From Oculatellaceae cyanobacterium bins.114 (GTDB taxonomy: Bacteria; Cyanobacteriota; Cyanobacteriia; Elainellales; Elainellaceae): a DNA stretch of 10,043 nucleotides. The first letter of the stretch is position 1. Each line of letters opens with the position of its first letter. Positions 8,201 through 10,043 of the stretch are shown here, in pieces. The notes under the pieces were generated by a model. That model did no database searches and was not told the DNA's origin. It saw only the letters and a list, made by a program, of their open reading frames with translations. Both the position numbers and the translations under genes were made by a program. The DNA lies in contig JANRJA010000024.1 of assembly GCA_033764315.1 (NCBI GenBank), positions 1-10,043 on the forward strand, given 5' to 3'.

Positions 8201-8740
8201 ACAGTGAAGCTTTGGAGTCGTGATGGGCAATTGTTACACACGCTTCGCGGACACGATCGCGAAATTAATGAAGTTGTTTTTAGCCCCAATGGAAAAATCA
8301 TTGCCTCAGCCGGACATGATAAAACGATTAAACTTTGGCACACGGATGGCACCTTAATTAGAACCTTGAAAGGACATACCGCAGCCGTTAAAGGGTTAGC
8401 CTTTACCCCGGATGGAAAATATCTGGCTTCCAGTGCCTGGGATAAAACTGTGCGCTATTGGAATGTTGAGAATGGTCAACTGTTAACGACTCTAAACGCT
8501 CACCAAGGTGCAGTTTGGCGAATTGCCATGAGTCCGGAGGGACAACAACTCGCTTCCGCTAGCAGCGATCGTACAATAATCCTATGGAATCTACCTCAAG
8601 TTCTGGATATCAACACTGTTTTACAACACGGTTGCGATCGCGTTCGGAATTATTTAAGCACTAGTTCAGAGATTGCTGAGCGAGATCGTCATTTGTGCGA
8701 TCGTTTTCCTAGTCTTGAGGCTCACTCCAGTTCAAAATAA
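5219..8740 (+). CDS. AAA_35-type NTPase - transmembrane helix - WD40 repeat protein (14 repeats)
   Basis: YQVGGSL..YVARQAD, Walker A NSRQMGKSS, Walker B IFIFVDEID, RTPFNIG, WTMGQPFLTQKLC and SRLLRGQAL. Hydrophobic helix VLLSIISVALLLAISFGWVAF (6617-6679), then 14 WD40 repeats. Starts 20 bp after the previous gene. Confidence 0.95.
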   Translation: MPTLSHAAYHYQVGGSLGLQALTYVARQADEELYQALLAREFCYVFNSRQMGKSSLRVRVKHRLQQAGCYCASIDMTSIGSETITAEQWYRGIAAELWRSFDLMSKTPFKTCWQEQEGLSPVQRLSVFLEDVLLKWLSDAPIFIFVDEIDSVLSLNFPVDDFFAMLRFCYNYRADNSEFHRLTFALFGVATPSNLISDRTRTPFNIGRAINLHGIQLSEAQPLLPGLAEWVRHPELTLMEILSWTMGQPFLTQKLCQLVVEHYQQNSSSHLRVKSPTQEAAIIEYVVQSQMITSWETQDEPEHLKTIRDRLLRDETKASVLLGLYQQVLTHGKLAVNASWEQADLLLSGLVVKRDGCLTVGNPIYAQVFNQTWIELQLATLRPYATLLNVWVRSGCQDESRLLRGQALQDAQVWAKHHRLSELDYRFLAASQQLDQVERETRLEADRLGAVEAHLTLERRSSRYQQVLLSIISVALLLAISFGWVAFDKNRKLAASELQATVTTSEALFASNQRLDSLVTALQSWHKLQRFGKVDAVTEFRIDQALRQSVYRGMEQNRFLGHAIVPSVAYSPDGRLLVSPSEENQVAIWKVDGTHVTILKGHKGWVRGVAFSPDGQTIASASLDKTVKLWRTDGTLLKTLSGHQEGVSSVAFSPDGQTIASASYDRTIKLWRPDGALLRTFNEHEAGVLSVAFSPDGQMLVSASLDQTVKLWRLDGTLLRTLNGHTNGVESVAFSPDGQTIASAGRDHTVRLWRVDGTLLETLEGHNDWIHAIAFSPDGKTIASASRDQTIRLWRSDGAFLQTIEGHRGQIFGVTFSPDGQAIASASRDGTVRLWKLEEPWLKVLSGHGTAVVAVDISADGEKIASVSEDNSIKLWDKTGELLHTIRDEVGLAIAIAFNPDGSRVVTAGVDGAVRVWSTKGALLQTLKGHEAEVWGVAFSPDGQTIASTGRDKTVRLWNLDGTLRKTLYGHEGIVWPVTFSPDGTMLATGSWDQTVKLWSRDGQLLHTLRGHDREINEVVFSPNGKIIASAGHDKTIKLWHTDGTLIRTLKGHTAAVKGLAFTPDGKYLASSAWDKTVRYWNVENGQLLTTLNAHQGAVWRIAMSPEGQQLASASSDRTIILWNLPQVLDINTVLQHGCDRVRNYLSTSSEIAERDRHLCDRFPSLEAHSSSK
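6899..8590 (+). repeat. WD40 repeat array, 14 units of about 41 aa (about 123 bp)
   Basis: Counted 14 GH..V..VAFSPDG..IASAS.D.T(V/I)(K/R)LW-type units. DNA-level similarity is visible, e.g. recurring TT(C/T)AG(C/T)CCNGA(C/T)GG. Confidence 0.93.
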
Positions 8741-8848
8741 GGCATTGCGGAATAGACTTGTTGTAAAATAAGGGATGAGCACGGGGGTAGTGGACTAAAC
8801 CTGTGGAAATGAAGGAAACTGAAAGAGTGATTTACCTGAGAATTTGAC

Positions 8849-9139
8849 ATGGTACTTGAACCGGTTGTTTGTCCAGGTTGTGGAAGTAGTGATGGGGTTA
8901 AACATGGACAATCAGCAGAGGGCAAACAACGCTACAAGTGTCGCAATTCTGAGTGTTCTCGTTGCACCTTTATTCAAACTTATGCCTATCGTGGGTATCT
9001 GCCCGAGGTCAAGCGGCAGATCAGCGATATGGCGGTCAATGGTAGTGGGATTCGTGACACTGCACGAGTGCTCAAAATTAGCCGCACAACGGTGAGCCAA
9101 ACATTAAAAAAAAGAACATCTCTTGAAAGCAGTCAATGA
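8849..9139 (+). CDS. insA: IS1-family InsA (zinc finger + HTH; transposase N-terminal part)
   Basis: CPGC...GKQRYKCRNSEC zinc-finger motif and GSGIRDTARVLKISRTTV HTH; ends just past the A8 run at 9106-9113. Confidence 0.92.
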   Translation: MVLEPVVCPGCGSSDGVKHGQSAEGKQRYKCRNSECSRCTFIQTYAYRGYLPEVKRQISDMAVNGSGIRDTARVLKISRTTVSQTLKKRTSLESSQ

Positions 9140-9599
9140 AGCCCGTTTGGCAGAACTTGAACCCGCTCAAACCATCGTCCGTCTTTGTCAGTGGGAAGAT
9201 TTAGAGGTCGAAGCAGATGAAATGTGGAGTTTTGTTGGTTCCAAGCAGCAGCAACGGTGGTTATGGCACGCAATTGACCATCATACTGGTGAAGTGCTTG
9301 CTTATGTCTTATCCAATCATCAGGACGAGGCTTTCCTCCAACTCAAATCGTTGTTAGAACCCTTTGGAGTCATGCAGTTTTACACCGATGACTGGGGAGC
9401 TTATGAACGGCAGATTGATCCGGCTTTGCACACCGTTGGCAAACGTAATACTCAAAAGATTGAACGTAAGCACTTAACCTTACGCACTCGGATTAAACGT
9501 TTAGCCCGTAAGACCATTTGCTTTTCTAAGTCGATACGGATGCATGATATTGTCATTGGCTTGTTCATTAACCGCTATGAGTTTGGTATGGTTACTTAA
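9108..9599 (+). CDS. insB: IS1-family InsB (DDE catalytic domain), presumably expressed as a frameshift fusion with InsA
   Basis: EADEMWSFVG, WLWHAID, FYTDDW, TQKIERKHLTLRTRIKRLARKTICFSKS. The frame is open from 9108, just after TAA 9105-9107; the ORF track starts it at TTG 9123. Confidence 0.92.
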   Translation, partial: KKEHLLKAVNEARLAELEPAQTIVRLCQWEDLEVEADEMWSFVGSKQQQRWLWHAIDHHTGEVLAYVLSNHQDEAFLQLKSLLEPFGVMQFYTDDWGAYERQIDPALHTVGKRNTQKIERKHLTLRTRIKRLARKTICFSKSIRMHDIVIGLFINRYEFGMVT

Positions 9600-9626
9600 C
9601 CTAATCCACAGGTTTGAGCCATTACC

Positions 9627-9789
9627 TGCCATCTTTAGCGACTCGATGATGACCGTTGCTGCCGTTGACCGCTTAGTCTATCACGCACTGATTGTGGAGA
9701 TTCATGCTGACAGCTACCGCAAACAAGCGGCAGTCGCCAAGGGGACAAACGTTACAACCGCAGCACTCAAGCCTCAAGCTTCCGCCTGA
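9627..9789 (+). pseudogene. istB: 3' fragment of IS21-family helper ATPase IstB, truncated at the IS1 end
   Basis: AIFSDSMMTVAAVDRLVYHALIVEIHADSYRK matches the IstB C-terminal motif W..IF.D...T.A..DRL.HH......G.SYR. The homology begins exactly at the IS1 IRR. Confidence 0.88.
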
Positions 9790-9877
9790 TCTTAGTTGTC
9801 ACTTCGATCCCGGTTGTCATTTCGGTCTTAGTTGTCACTTCGATCTTAGGTGTCGTTTCGATCCTAGCTGTCACCCT
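9788..9877 (+). repeat. Five tandem 18-bp imperfect repeats (consensus GATCTTAGTTGTCACTTC); probable IstA-binding sites
   Basis: Units: 9788 GATCTTAGTTGTCACTTC, 9806 GATCCCGGTTGTCATTTC, 9824 GGTCTTAGTTGTCACTTC, 9842 GATCTTAGGTGTCGTTTC, 9860 GATCCTAGCTGTCACCCT. Confidence 0.92.
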
Positions 9878-9899
9878 ACAGTAATTGGTTGTACCGATG

Positions 9900-9931
9900 T
9901 AACTCTGCGTCAATTTACTGACGCAGAGTTA
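9900..9931. other. Perfect 13-bp inverted repeat (hairpin); possible terminator or stabilising stem
   Basis: TAACTCTGCGTCA (9900-9912), loop ATTTAC, TGACGCAGAGTTA (9919-9931). No clear U-tract on either strand. Confidence 0.6.
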
Positions 9932-10043
9932 GTTCAATGATGATTTCTGGCTTTGTTTACTTATCGTGCTCAATAGAATTTTTGCGATCCTACAAACCCG
10001 TCATGTAGCTGTCATTTCTGGGCAAGATAGTTGACATTTGATA

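Larger units (their letters stand above)
774..8641. repeat. HIP1 octamers (GCGATCGC), dispersed
   Basis: Exact copies found by eye at 774, 2698, 5808, 6141, 7532, 7682, 7895 and 8634, plus many one-mismatch CGATCG-core variants. None seen in the IS1/IS21 DNA. Confidence 0.9.
8786..9626 (+). mobile_element. IS1-family insertion sequence, 841 bp
   Basis: IRL GGTAGTGGACTAAACCTGTGGA (8786-8807) and IRR reverse complement GGTAATGGCTCAAACCTGTGGA (9605-9626) are 18/22 identical and enclose insA- and insB-like ORFs. No flanking direct repeat. Confidence 0.95.
9627..9880 (+). mobile_element. IS21-family right-end remnant
   Basis: istB 3' end, then five tandem 18-bp repeats, ending ...CCCTACA at 9880 (reverse complement TGTAGGGTGACA...). 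This fits the TG...CA termini and multiple terminal repeats of the IS21 family. Confidence 0.8.

Noticed and set aside
7140..8207. Alternative-frame and antisense ORFs in the WD40 region (7140-7385, 7336-7518, 7678-8175, 7841-8050, 7953-8207)
   Set aside because: Shadow ORFs caused by the repetitive, GC-richer coding sequence; their periodicity mirrors the WD40 repeats.
6899..8590. Diversity-generating retroelement acting on the WD40 gene
   Set aside because: No reverse transcriptase and no template/variable repeat pair differing only at adenines.
8722..9100. ORFs 8722-8925, 8844-9095 and 8912-9100
   Set aside because: They overlap insA or span the IS1 left junction and show no protein-family features.
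9544..9626. N-terminal part of the 81-aa ORF 9544-9789
   Set aside because: It is an out-of-frame read through the insB end and the IS1 IR; only the part from 9628 is IstB-like.
9788..9877. CRISPR array
   Set aside because: The repeats are 18 bp and abut directly with no unique spacers, no cas genes are present, and the position after istB explains them as IS21 end repeats.
9860..9880. CRISPR-associated transposon (Tn7-like) end as the primary call
   Set aside because: No tns or cas genes are in the window, and direct adjacency to istB makes IS21 the simpler explanation.
9692..9940. 82-aa ORF with SCHFD repeats
   Set aside because: It is the translation of the 18-bp DNA repeats, overlaps istB out of frame and crosses the IS boundary.

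Overview
Cyanobacterial DNA (eight exact HIP1 GCGATCGC sites plus typical cyanobacterial gene families) carrying an ~8.6 kb signalling cluster between insertion-sequence remnants. Left to right: the 3' end and right terminus of an IS5-family element (not in the ORF track); a DsbA-like thioredoxin-fold gene with a CxxS site; a minus-strand pair encoding a degenerate stand-alone EAL protein and a GAF histidine kinase; and a divergent two-gene operon of paralogous AAA_35-type NTPases, one with an N-terminal HTH-like domain and one with a transmembrane helix and 14 WD40 repeats. These are followed by a complete IS1-family element (insA/insB offset by +1 at an A8 run, no target duplication), an IS21 remnant (istB 3' end, five 18-bp terminal repeats, CA end) and a perfect 13-bp hairpin. 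The best candidate system is the paired AAA_35 module, possibly a membrane WD40 receptor coupled to an HTH regulator, with a shared DNA motif upstream of two neighbouring transcription units. All assignments are from motif recognition by eye; no searches were run.
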